Shown: positions 26,501 to 38,600 of the stretch, in pieces
Layout: each line of letters opens with the position of its first letter
Numbering within the stretch: position 1 is the stretch's first letter
From: Camelus ferus
Taxonomy: Eukaryota
Length of the DNA: 64,000 nt
Direction: 5' to 3'
Assembly (NCBI RefSeq): GCF_009834535.1
Contig: NC_045696.1
Coordinates: forward strand, 38,752,001 to 38,816,000
Notes under the pieces: model-generated
Database searches by the model: none
What the model was told of the DNA's origin: nothing
Seen by the model: only the letters and a program-made list of their open reading frames with translations
Made by a program: the position numbers and the translations under genes

Positions 26501-28229
26501 AGTGCTCGACATTTTATAAATGCTACCTTGTACAAATGTCTTCATAACTGACCATTTCCACATGATACCAAAGTGGGAACTGAGCCTCAGGGAGTTGAAG
26601 TGACTTGCATGCGGTCATCCAGTGAGTTGTGGCACATGAGGTTTGACCCTGGACCCCTCTGACTCCAGAACTTGTACCCATCTGATGGCATCTTTGCTTC
26701 CTCCTGGGGGAGCACAGATGAAGGCAGGCTTATTCCAGCAGTGACAAAATGCAAAGTCTCTTAGAAGAGGCGACACTGAAGCAGGACATTTAGAATGGGT
26801 CAGACCAAAGCGGAACATTCTCACTTTGTGCCAGGAGTGAGCAACCATTCCAATAAGAATAGTTATAATAGTATGTTTGGAGTAAGAAGTGACGGATTTT
26901 GAAGCCATTCTTAGGTCTTGTGTTTGTGCTGAGCAGTAAGGAGATTTTGAAATTTTTAAGCTGAAGAGTGAGATGATCTGAACTGGAAGGATGCAGGGAG
27001 GTGTCCTTGTTAGTGTTTCCACCATGCGTGGCTGCAGGTAGTGACATGGACAGAAATCCCACATGCTTATCTCAAGCGAAAAGTGGCTACCTGGAAAAGT
27101 GGATGTCCTTCCACCACTGCCGTCGTTATGGTGCCACCCCAATCATCCATTTATGGTATCAGAATTGATGTCAAGTCGTTAGGGGCTTGATGAGTTTTAT
27201 TCTCTGTTGGCTGCTCTCAGTTCTTTTCAAGACTCCCCTGATTATTTCAAGACCAATCCAATTTCCAGAATGGTAATTACCAAGCCAAATTATCCTACCA
27301 TTTACACTCCACACCATATAGATGCCAAATGAGTATGATTCTGACCTGAAAAAGCCAGCAAGACTTACAAAGGAATGTAAATATCTTAGCCTTAATTGAG
27401 AATTGCCTGGTGTATTAATATATTTGTTTGTAGATAACACTGCCAAAACAACAATGGGATGTACCTGACAGCAGGATGCATGCTAGCAACTAGTGGCCAG
27501 TTTGGTTTGTAGACAGCCTTGGAAAATTACAAAGAGGCAGATGCAGCCTGCCTCATGACCTCTTTAGCAGGTGTGCTAAAGGTGTAACCCTCCCTTTAGT
27601 AATGTGACAGATACACCACTAGTTCATAAATATTAAACGTACAACATACTTAGGCTGTGCACTAAATAGATATCAGTTTCATATACGCTGATAAATGCTG
27701 CTTAACAGCTCCTTAGCTGACTCCTTGGCACCTGAACTGTAAAAGCATTTTTTTTAAGGAACAAATAGTTTGAAAGTCTGACCAAAAAAGAAAGGGCTTG
27801 GTAGGCATCTGCCAACCAAGGACACACTTTCCAATTTCAGTTCACTCCTTCCCCACTCCTTCCCCAATTCTTAAATAAAAGAATTTTAGAATTTTTACAG
27901 ATCTGTCCCTTGTTCCCAAACCCTGGCTCTTCATAGTGTTTAAAATGGTAAGTTACTCACGGAACTTGAATAATTACACAGTTTTGAGGATATTTATGGT
28001 ATTAGAGTATACATAGTTTTTAAAACTCAGACATCAGGAAAACTCAATCTATTATTTATCCAGATAAAGTCAAACTCCCTTTGAACTATTCATCTAAGAT
28101 GATTTTAATTCAACTTGATAAATATTACATTGAGCTCCTACCAGACACAAGCTCTGGGACTGGCCATGCAGGAGAGAGTGAGATGTGCATGACTCAGCCC
28201 TGTTCTTCAGGAATCACAACTAACATGTC

Positions 28230-28440
28230 AGCCAAGAGTCACCAGCTGGCAGCCCACAGGCTGAAGTCAGCCAAGAGCTGTGTTTTATTTGATTTCTACA
28301 CTGGTTTTTAAAACATTTTAATTCATTATCCTTAGCCAGAGCTTTCACCCTTCATTGTGACTGAATGCCTTTGTCACCAACCTGATATACTTATTTATTG
28401 CACTTGACAGGTCCCTAGAGGCATTTGAGTTTGGTATTAC
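28230..28440. mobile_element. MER102-like hAT-Charlie element
   Basis: ctggcagcccacaggctgaa..tgtgttttatttg start and ggcatttgagtttg end. Confidence 0.65.
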
Positions 28441-28674
28441 AAAACTGTAAACGAGAAAATATGGTACCTATGATAGCGTGCTACCTCTATCATAGTAGTT
28501 AACATGATAGGCGGGCATGGAGGAGGGAACACCAAGTTCTCCCCAGGTATGTCAGGCATGTTTTGACAGAGGCCAGAAATCCTCCCAGGAGTGAGAAATA
28601 CCATGGAGGTGTGTACACATGAAATGATAGGTCAAGTTTAGGGAATTAAAGAGAAGAAATATTTGTCCCTCATT

Positions 28675-28880
28675 TATCGAACACTTACTGTCAGCCACTA
28701 ACAGGTACTTCCCATATGATCTACTAAAACCCAGTATAAGTGGTGTTTACTATTAGCTGCATTTTTCAAATGAAGAAACTAAGTATCAGAGAAGGTAAAT
28801 AACTTATCCAAGATTAATCAGACAGTGAATGGTAGAGTCAAAGTTTTGCTTGGCCTCAAGCCTAGGCATTTTCACTATTA
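28675..28880 (-). mobile_element. MIR
   Basis: tgaagaaactaagtatcagagaaggtaaataacttatccaagat. Confidence 0.75.
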
Positions 28881-30497
28881 AACCTGATGGATATATTGGC
28901 AGATTGCAAATTTAGTCAGGACAGTTTTTTGGTAGTTAAAATTCCAAGTCTTATTGAACATAAACATAGGTAAGAGCACTGGACATAACCCATATCTGGA
29001 GAAAATATAGGCTTAATTCACTGGGGTAGTGGATAAAAATTATGTAAACAGACTTTTAAGCTTAAAGGAAATTCAGGGAAGTTCTAGTCCAAGTTCATCT
29101 TGTAGGTAAGAAAACGGTTATTTTTAAATATTTGTTTTTAAAAAGTCAAAGAACTTCTGTATTATATATTAATTAAGATGCATTTTCAATAAATGTCTTG
29201 TTCTTAATTAGCTTCAAAATATTTTAGTTATCCTTTTTAATGCTATGGTTTTAAATAATAATTTATGTAATCATAATTTTATCATACATATCTTACAAGT
29301 TTCAAAAAAACTCAGGGAGAGCTGAAAATTTCTTTTAAAAGCACTGAAGAAAAGTCATAAAAATCTAGCCATGAAACTGCCCTTTTGGCTTCAATAATTT
29401 TTTGTGACCTATTGAACAACAACAGGATGAGAAATCTGTAAAATTCATATTGCAGTGACCTGAAAGATAAAAAAAAAAAAACTCAAAACAAAACAGTAAT
29501 GGTCGTATGATCTTTAATTGTATTTGGTGCAAAGAATCTGCATGGAGATTAACTATGCTAAAAGGAAAACACTAATTTAATTGTAGGCATATTTCCATCT
29601 ATAAGAATCTAGGAAATGGACAATATTTTGTAATTGCATCTTTATTGCTTAGCTTATTTAAAATCATTTCCTGAAAATAATAGTGTCATATCAAAAGTTA
29701 TTTGATTTCCTTTTCTTGTACTAGAAATGTGGCATAGTGCCAGGTAAAAAACAGGTACTTCAATAAATATTTAGTAAATATTAATAAATATTTACCCAAT
29801 AAGTGAATAAATCCATAAATGGATAAAAGGATAAATGAATGAGTTTATCCTTTTTCACATTCTAAGCCTAATTGAAAAGTAGCTCTTGGCTAGTCATTAG
29901 AAAGTTGTCATTGGCCTAGGGAGCAAATGAGAAGCCAGGGGATTTGCCCAAGGAGCAATTTGCCACTTTTGATTCCATCATCCATGTATCCACTTATTCA
30001 GCTTATATTTATTGAAACCCTACTCTGTGCACCTTCTGATCAGGTTAGAAGAGACCATGTTGAACTTCCAGCTGGCCCATCTCATGCATCACAACGAGGC
30101 AGGAATCTTTTCTCTACCAGAATAGGCAGAGCAGCTTAGTCTTTCATGCTATTATGTAGAGACCCAATGTAAAGGTTTCAGTGCAGTAAAAGATGTATTC
30201 TTCCAATGCCTTACATGAAAATGCCTCTTCTGACTACTACTGGTCTTTTTCACTGGTTATGTAAATGTGAGGGTCTGAGGCTTCATCTACTCTCGCAGAA
30301 AACTAGGAAGCATATACTCAAACAAACCTAATGAATTTATGTTTTTCTTTTACTTCTTCCAGTGGAGGACAGAATGTGTAATACTATAAATTATTGTAAC
30401 AGAAAAAGAAGAAAGAGGCACATAGGAGAGAAAACATGAGATACACAAGGAGTGGAGGGAAACACAAACAGTCTGACAAAGAAAGGGCAACTGAAGT

Positions 30498-30518
30498 TAG
30501 ATAGATAGACAGACAGAC

Positions 30519-30563
<45 letters not shown>
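30498..30563. repeat. (GATA)n/(GACA)n microsatellite
   Basis: Directly visible. Confidence 0.95.
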
Positions 30564-30564
<1 letters not shown>

Positions 30565-31709
30565 AGAGGTAGAGAATCGTTACAGGTTCCAGCAGTTAGA
30601 GTTTCTCAGAAAAAATGGCCCTTGACACAGCATTTGGTTTAACAGACTATATTCTCATTGAATTTTGAAGTTATTCATACTGTAGCGGAGATACCATCAT
30701 TCATCTAAACCATACAGTTATGAAGAGGCTACTGTGTGTCAGTTGTAGAACTCAATACTGGATATTTAAGGCTGAAAAAGGGATGTCTACTCTGAACCTA
30801 TACATACTCAATTCTTAGTTCTCCAACAGTAAATATTTTTGAGGCAAAACGCTCTACTATATGAATACAAATTTAGCTGCAAGTCATATATATATATATC
30901 TCTACAGTTTTACTGTATTTATTATAATGTTGTATTTATTATAATCCAATCAAAATATCTTAAAGGAATGAAATTATTGAATATTTTCAATATTCAATAT
31001 TTTGAAATATTCATCTCTATATTAACAGTGCAAACTTTATCAATTTAGGATCTGATTGTAAGTTCAGTATATTTCAATACTTACAAATAATAGCCACACC
31101 ACACACTAGGCAAAATATACATAAAATGCTACATATTCAGGCCAGGTTTGCTATAAGTGTAAATTCATATTTTTTAAGTGTAAATCCAAATACTGCTCCC
31201 AATGACTTTTTGTGATCTCCTCTTTTTAGATCAGATTAGATCATCCTTGCATTTCATATTATAGTTGACAAAGAATTCATTCTAGGGGTTATAGACAGAT
31301 TTTTCCATATTCTATATTTATCTAATATACATCTGCATGCATGTATTTTCAGTTTCCAATTTTAAAGTCTTTATCTTTGATTAAGCCTGTGCATTCTCTG
31401 TCTACCCATAGATCAAAATGGCTATCTGCAAAAATACAGCCTAGTGAAAACAGTTTGAAAAAGTGAGATCTCAAAATTTCACACGTTATAGGGATATTGC
31501 CCTTATTAAACTTCATGGCATCAAAATTAAATTATTGGTATATAATCTTCAAAGATGAAACTTGTTCTATTAGGGATTTGTGTATGTATGTGAGAGTGGA
31601 GGGTTTCTACATTAGAAAATTTAATTAATTTTTTTCTCACTTTCTCACCTAAAATGGTTTCTTTTTTAAAAACATTAGAAGTATCTAATAATATTACCTT
31701 ATATTTATG

Positions 31710-31800
31710 ATAGTTTACTCTCATTTAACCCTCACAAACAGCCCCATTAAGTAGGGTTAGCTATTTTCATTTCACAGATAAGAAAACTGAGGCACAAAAA
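31710..31800 (-). mobile_element. MIR fragment
   Basis: tcatttaaccctcacaaacagccc...catttcacagataagaaaactgaggcaca. Confidence 0.75.
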
Positions 31801-32447
31801 CTTTGAAGTTATAGCTTGTTATCTCTTACACAAATTCTTAAAGATGTCTAGTTTCCAATGTAAAGTTATTTCAGGGAGATTGCTGTGATATCAAGTTAAA
31901 TGGGATTTTGTTTCATTGAGTTTGTGTTAAATATATTTATTATAATTCTTTGAAAATTGCTTATTCTACAGGCCAGATTACTGTCACATCATCTGAGTAA
32001 TCAGTCCTCCATTAATTGATCAAGCCAAATGTCAGAGTACAGGCCACGTCAACTTCTTCACCTTGTTTCTTCGTATTGTGGCCTCTTTATATGACTTGTT
32101 CATTAGCAGCTGTTTTCTTAAGATTCTATATTCTTGGACAACATTTTCCAGTGGATGCCACCAGCATTTTGAAAGAGAATCCCCCTTTGTGTTGAGAGTA
32201 TACTACTTACTGCAATGCCTTCAGCATGTGTCCTAACCCCACCTGCTAAACACCAGAGGTGTCTTTCCCCAGTCATAATTTTCAGGGCTCCCTAAATGCA
32301 TTGAGAACCACTGAGCTAATGAAAGACAGATAAGTCACCAACCACAGCAGCCAGTGACATTTGTTAATTTATCTTACGCCAGTAGTGAATTGTGTCTTTC
32401 ATCCATATCCATCTGATATCCATTAAGTATTTGAAATTATATTAGAG

Positions 32448-32506
32448 TACGGTTACCAGATTTAGCAAGTAAAAAATACAGAACACCCAGTTATCTGGCA
32501 ACTCTT
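32448..32506. mobile_element. Internally deleted MER53-like hAT MITE with 8-bp TSD TATTAGAG
   Basis: Termini ggttaccagat...atctggcaact; TSD at 32440-32447 and 32507-32514. Confidence 0.8.
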
Positions 32507-34714
32507 TATTAGAGACAATATAATGCTAATGTCACAGTTTGGTCTCTCTTTAACCCACTGACTCAAGATCACTGACAAATGGAAAACTCAAGTATTTGAG
32601 ATTTAGAAAAGCATCTGGAGTGACTCCTACTTCAGACTTGTAAGGCTAGAGGAATATTCTCATTACATAAAAATCTAATTTATATTGACAAATAGTCTAC
32701 TGAAAGTAACTAAAAAGAAAATATTCATGGAAATTTACATGGTCCTGCTACAGATATTAGACATCATTTCTTATACCCCTGCAATATAATTGATTAATAA
32801 ATTCTCTAATTACTTTAAAAAATAAACAGTCAGAGAGGGTCAGCACCTTAAGCAATAGTGCAAACCAAGCTAAAATTATTTCATATCAAATTCCAAAAGG
32901 TCCATGAACTTAATTTCTTGTGGATTAAGAGATAAGGGAATTATAACAAAGAATAATTTCAGTTTTCCTGATTGAACTGTGAAAACATAGAGCTTCAGTG
33001 TTTCATGCAATCTCTATTGACATGATTGGCCTTAAGAAGAAAAATAAGCCACTATTATCACATAATATGATATCTCAATGGAATATGTATTCATGCCCAC
33101 CAACCAGCTTTTCTGCTTGTTTCAGATATAAAAAAATGATAGTTCCTTAAGGAAAAGTTGCCACAATAAGTGAAAGTCCTTTTAACCCACAGTAATGAAA
33201 CATAACAAAACCATTGCAAATGATGCACCAAGTTTAGGAAAATGAAAGCCACTATTAAATATGATAGGCTGTCACAACGACAAAAATAGTAATGTAATCG
33301 TAGCAGTAAAATAATATTTGTAATTAGTTTCTTTCAAGGAGTTAAAATAATTGGCATCTTTTCTAAGGTAACAGTTTTAAATAACATTGGAAAAAATAGC
33401 AGAAACTCAGATAAAAACCTCTAAAAGTGAAGCAGATTAACATTTTTTAGATTTACCACTAGATATGCTTTTATTTTTCTTCAAATTTCCCTTAAAATAA
33501 TTACATTTATGTCCCTTTCTTTTTCTTGGGCACAATGATGTTATTCTTTTTCTTTACGGTGTAGGTTCTTAAACCAGACTTCTTCTTATCTGACTTCAAC
33601 AAATCCATGATCAGCTAAAATTGGATTATTTTTGTTTTCAGAGCATAAAATAAAATCTGAATTTCTTGTAATTATTTTCCCTCTTGTAAAATCACCATTT
33701 CTTTCATAACTTTAAATAAGAATGCCTTATAAATATATGATATAATTATCTCCACCTGGCATTCACTGACACTCTTTACGTTAATGAGTGTTTTCTCAGA
33801 TGGTGATGAAACACTGCAATGTGGGAAATGCCTTGTGTGAGCGACTCCACAAGGGCTTATGTTGACTTTATGCTTGATGATAAATATCCCATGTAGTAAC
33901 AGAAGAGAAATTAATTTCACTGTTCCTCGAAGGCTACCTCAGAGCACTTTAAGCCTTACTAATAGGCATTTTTGCCACACCTCTTAATGTTTAAGGGACT
34001 CTAACTCTGCTGGGTCATTTTACTAAAGCCACATAAAATCCACATCAAAACCAGTTAATTCACAGTATATGACTTTCTTTCTATGTCTTCTTTAACCCAG
34101 TGCACAATGTATAGCCCTCAACCATTAAAACATTCATTGTAACTTTGCTCTTTCATAAAAACATCTCTGAAGATCCAGGAAATACTGCTTTTTTTCTTTA
34201 GCAACAACTTTCTCCATAGAAGCAGGATGTATAGGGTATGGTATACCAAATCCCTTTAACCCTGGTCAAAGTTCAAAGAAGCCTCAAATTTTAACTTATT
34301 TTAGGTACGAAATTTATGTCAAAGAGCAGAGTGAAGTCTCTTCAAAAATACAGGACTTGCTAAATCTGAACTTGGGAGGAGAGATCCCAGCTCTCTGCAT
34401 ATGAAAACTGTTGTGATTGATGGGAGTTTCAGAGGTCTCGAATGAGATGCATTTCTTACAACCATCAGTGGAACTTGCTTTCAGGGTATTGTGATTTAAA
34501 CTTAGATGTACTATATCAATTACCAGGGCTGTCCATGCACTGATGTTGCATGTATATTAAATTTTCTTCTGAATGATTTTAGTGTCTTTCAGGTCATTGA
34601 GACTCCAAATTGTAATAACACTATTCCAAAGTGCAAAGTTTCTAATTCACATTCAGGGGAGAGCTCCCAAAATCTCTCAGATAGGAAGTGGCTCATTGTT
34701 TATTTTTAACCTAT

Positions 34715-34860
34715 AGTGGAAAGACTCTGTCCTGGGAGACTGCCAGCAATGTAATATCACTCCCTACTCCAGGCCTCAGTTTGCTGGTCTGTAAAACGTA
34801 GATTTTTTTGACTGGATGATCTCCAAAGTCCTTTTCAGCACTGATACTCTTTTATTCTAG
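34715..34860 (+). mobile_element. MIR3-like fragment
   Basis: ggcctcagtttgctggtctgtaaaa...gactggatgatctccaaagtccttttcagc. Confidence 0.65.
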
Positions 34861-35520
34861 GGTTCATTATATTATAATTTTGTGGATAAATATCCAAGTA
34901 GTTTATTTTTTTTCTTGCTTCCCTCTCAATAGCCTTCTTAAAAATGAAAAAGCATGTGGTTCTACCTTTGCAAACTCTCATGTCTTGTCCCTAACAGAAA
35001 AGTGAGGCAAATTAAGAAATGTGTATGTTGTTTTTCTTACCACTATTTCAAAAACCTGTATAATTACTGGGGAATATAAAAGCTGTCCTCATTTTAAGCT
35101 CTCAGATTGATACACCTAAAGTAAAGCACTGTGCCTTCTAGTGCAGCACAGATCTCAGATCCTATTGGGGCTGTTTTCTGTGTATCTATATCTCGTGTGG
35201 ACGTGAATTCTGCAAATAGAAAACACTAGTGGCTTGCATTAAATCCCCTTTGTCAAATGTAGATTTAGAAATTTTATCTTAGCATTCTGATGCTTCTAAA
35301 TCCTCTTTAATTGTACCTAATTAAGAGTAACTTTCTTTTCAGAAAACTAGGTTTAATTTTCAAATCTGTGAATAAAAATGCATTTCATTCCTTTTAATTT
35401 TATAGCTTCCTTGTACAGTTTGATGTCTTTGTTGATTATAGGTTTTGTTCCAATTAAATGATCAACAGCTTTTCCACAGAGAAAACTTTATGATTAATGT
35501 TAATTTTTATCTCTTAAAAG

Positions 35521-35646
35521 GATCCTTCCCGGCCATTGGGGTGGAAACGTTTTGCCCCAGCTTCCTGAGGGCAGGGTTTTTAAATAGCATCCAGGCCCCG
35601 CATCCAGTGCCAGGGGGAGGATCTTTGCCCTCCAGGATTCCTGCTG
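35521..35646 (+). CDS. EPHA6: EPHA6 exon encoding the EphA6-specific kinase insert, (R)SFPAIGVETFCPSFLRAGFLNSIQAPHPVPGGGSLPSRIPA(G); 126 nt, phase 1-1
   Basis: Acceptor ttttatctcttaaaag|GATCC and donor GCTG|gtaggt. The translation matches the human EphA6 insert as I recall it (RSFPAIGVEAFCPSFLRAGFLNSIQAPHPVPGGGSLPPRIPAG). It is a GC-rich island in an AT-rich intron. Confidence 0.95.
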
Positions 35647-38600
35647 GTAGGTATTTCAAATGAAATTTTCTGCCACCACATACAGCAGTAGGACTGTGCT
35701 CATAATTGATAGACCCACAATACAGAAATAAATATTTCTAAAATACATTGTTGAAAAGAAATGCAAGTGACTTGTTAAAATGCAGGAACCACGTCTGTGA
35801 TCTCTAATGCCTTAAAAATAATGTAAAAGAAGTGGAAGAAGGATCTGTACACTGGGCACCCGATCAGCATAGTGCTGCCTCTTTTTCGAGGAAAGTTTTT
35901 TCATTAATAAAAACTAGAGATTCAGGTCCCAAATTTGTAACTTAAGAATAAAACAAGGATGAATTTGAGCCACTTTGCCACTTGGAATTGGCTACAAAAG
36001 AGAATTTGAAGCTGAGTGTTACTCACAGAAAAAGTAATTCCATATCTGGGTGAGTTTATAGAGATTTAAATAAAGTTCCATGTCACTAAAGAAAAAAATG
36101 ATTTGGAAAAAAAGAAAGTAGTAAATTTGGAAGACATTTTTGAGAAAGAAAATTAATGTGCAGTTTTCCCTAAAAAAAAAAACAATCTTAACCAAAGCCG
36201 TATTTTATCAATGAGAAAAAAAACAAAATATAGGATATTGAGCATTTTAAAGTACAATTTTGAAGTTGAGTAAATCATTTTGTAGATTATCCGTGGTATT
36301 ACAGTCACAGATTGTTTTACTCTTACCATTTTGTAGAGTATCCTGCTGCCTTCCTCCCTTTCACCAGAAGCACGCGTATCTACTTTGTATTTTACATTTG
36401 TCGTAGAAAATGGAACTAGGATATTGATTCTTGGAGTTTTTTTTTTTAATCATAATTCTTATGTTTCTATCATAATTAGTAATTACGCTACAAATTATGG
36501 TGATGACACCAGTATTTTGAGGAGGGCTGGCCCAGCTAGCAGTATAATGGGACCATTTGAAAAAATCAGGAAATATAATGGAAACAAAATGCCATCATGC
36601 ACATTTCTTATTTTTCTTGGCAAAATGATGCCATCAAAGCCTAAAATTATTACACTGATATTTTTCTTTTGCCTTTCAATTACCCTTGCCTGCTGAATTA
36701 AAACATACAAACAGTAACAAACCATAACTATGCTCCAGTGTCATTTGGTTTTATCATGGGTTAATTACTGAAGTGGTTGGAAACTTTCTGGCCAATAATG
36801 CCACTGACAGAGTAGGAACCAAAATTATATGCAATAAAAATTAGTAGTTTTAATTCTAATGAATGTTATACCACACTTTCTCTCCCTAGAAACAAAAATA
36901 GTATCAGTTGCACAAAAATTTTATTGGTGGTGGTGGTGGCGGTGGCTGTGGCAGTGATAGTGGTGTTGCAAAAAATTGGAGATAAAATCTAATAAACTGA
37001 GCTCTCAGAGTTAACTGCAAATACAAAAATGTAGCATTCACATATATTATTAATATTTCAGTGATTGGAATTAAAGAGTTGAACAAATGATTTGTAGTTT
37101 TATGGTTTAATCCTTAACTCTTAATGACAAATCTTGGTGGATTTAGGTATATTTTGCAAAAATAACATTACAAAGTTCAGTAGTGACTTGAATTATTCAA
37201 CATCACTGGTAAAAAAGATAACCTTTGTCATTTAGCCACTGAGAATGATAGAAGCAAGATGATGTTTGTGTAATACATACACAGAAACAGCTTTCCAGAG
37301 AGGAATGTAAAAGAACACTCTAGCACTCTATTCTTCTAGGCTGTAAGCCAAATTTGCCTCCAGCTTTCATAGGAGAGAAAACTCAGTTCAGTTTTCATGA
37401 CTTACATACAAATCAGGTTTAACAAAATTGCTTCATAAAAAATTTATAGGTCTAAACTTGTTCCTGTTCCCTCAAACTGAAATTAAGTCATCTCACTTTT
37501 CCTGACTTAAATCACTTTGATAAGTGGTCCCTGGTCATTTTCTCTGCTACTTTTTAGTTATAACTGCTATGATTTTAAAGATAATTTTTATCCTCTTCCG
37601 TTCACCTATAGCTTGTTTCCCAAGAATTCTCTTTATAATTTTGTATAAAGAGAAATGAAGCAATGATCATGAGACTCTTTTTTTTGTTTGTTTCATATTA
37701 AAAAAAAAAAAAAAGCCTTATGCAGGTTCTTTGCCATATAATAGTTGAGTGACTCTTCAGTTTGGGGGCAGGAAGCAGTTCCTCCCTTGACCTGTATCAT
37801 GGCACCTTAAATTGCTAGCCAAAGGACGATGCCTATTGAGCAGAAATTAATTTCCTTTCTATCAATTGGCTATATGTCACAATACTTTTAGGATCTCATA
37901 AGTCATCTGCTGTATCATTCAAGGAATCACAAAATCTGTTCTAATGATGATGCTTGTTTAGTCCCCAGTTACCTTAATCTAATTTAAATGAGATACATAA
38001 TGATGTCTTGTATAAAATAGTTTCTTTGCATTCATGTCACACTGTGCTATCAAGGAGCAATTTTTTTTCAGTATTTTTTTATACCAACCTCAATAATAAG
38101 AGAATCATTGAATTATGAGACTCGGAAAGCAGACAAGCCTGAAATCAGTATTTATGCAGTGGTTGTCATTTGTTTATATGACCTTTCTCGTTTCCAGAAA
38201 GGTCACAGTAAAGAGTAATTATTCTTAGTTTCAAATAGAGAAAAACACCAGGAAATAATTGACTGAAAGTTGAATAGCAAGTATATTCATATATTTACTG
38301 CAGTGCCTTTCAAGTAGTAGTTACCCAGTGAGGTAAGAAAAATCCCAGGAGAGAAGAGGAGAGGATGAGGAAAGAGAGGAGAAATTAGGATGACATAACT
38401 GAAATTATATATTTTAAATTTAAGTCTTCCCCACTGGATTCCTCCCTATTAAAATCAAATTTTACCCTCTTGAAAGAACTAATGTCACTCTTAGAAAGAT
38501 GTTTTCAGGTACATACTCTAAAATGTTGATAAGCTCGCTCTCTTTGCTCCTCTAGTTATTTCTTTAATTTATTTCTGTAGTCAAACAATATTTGAAAACG

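Noticed and set aside
26615..27142. 175-aa minus-strand ORF, the longest in the window
   Set aside because: Appears to lie in degenerate MIR/L2-like sequence and has no recognisable homology.
29755..29795. Repeated TAAATATT palindromic stretch
   Set aside because: Low-complexity expansion of an L2 3' tail.
35445..35663. 72-aa ORF as a standalone gene
   Set aside because: Only 35521-35646 is exon; the ends are intron read-through.
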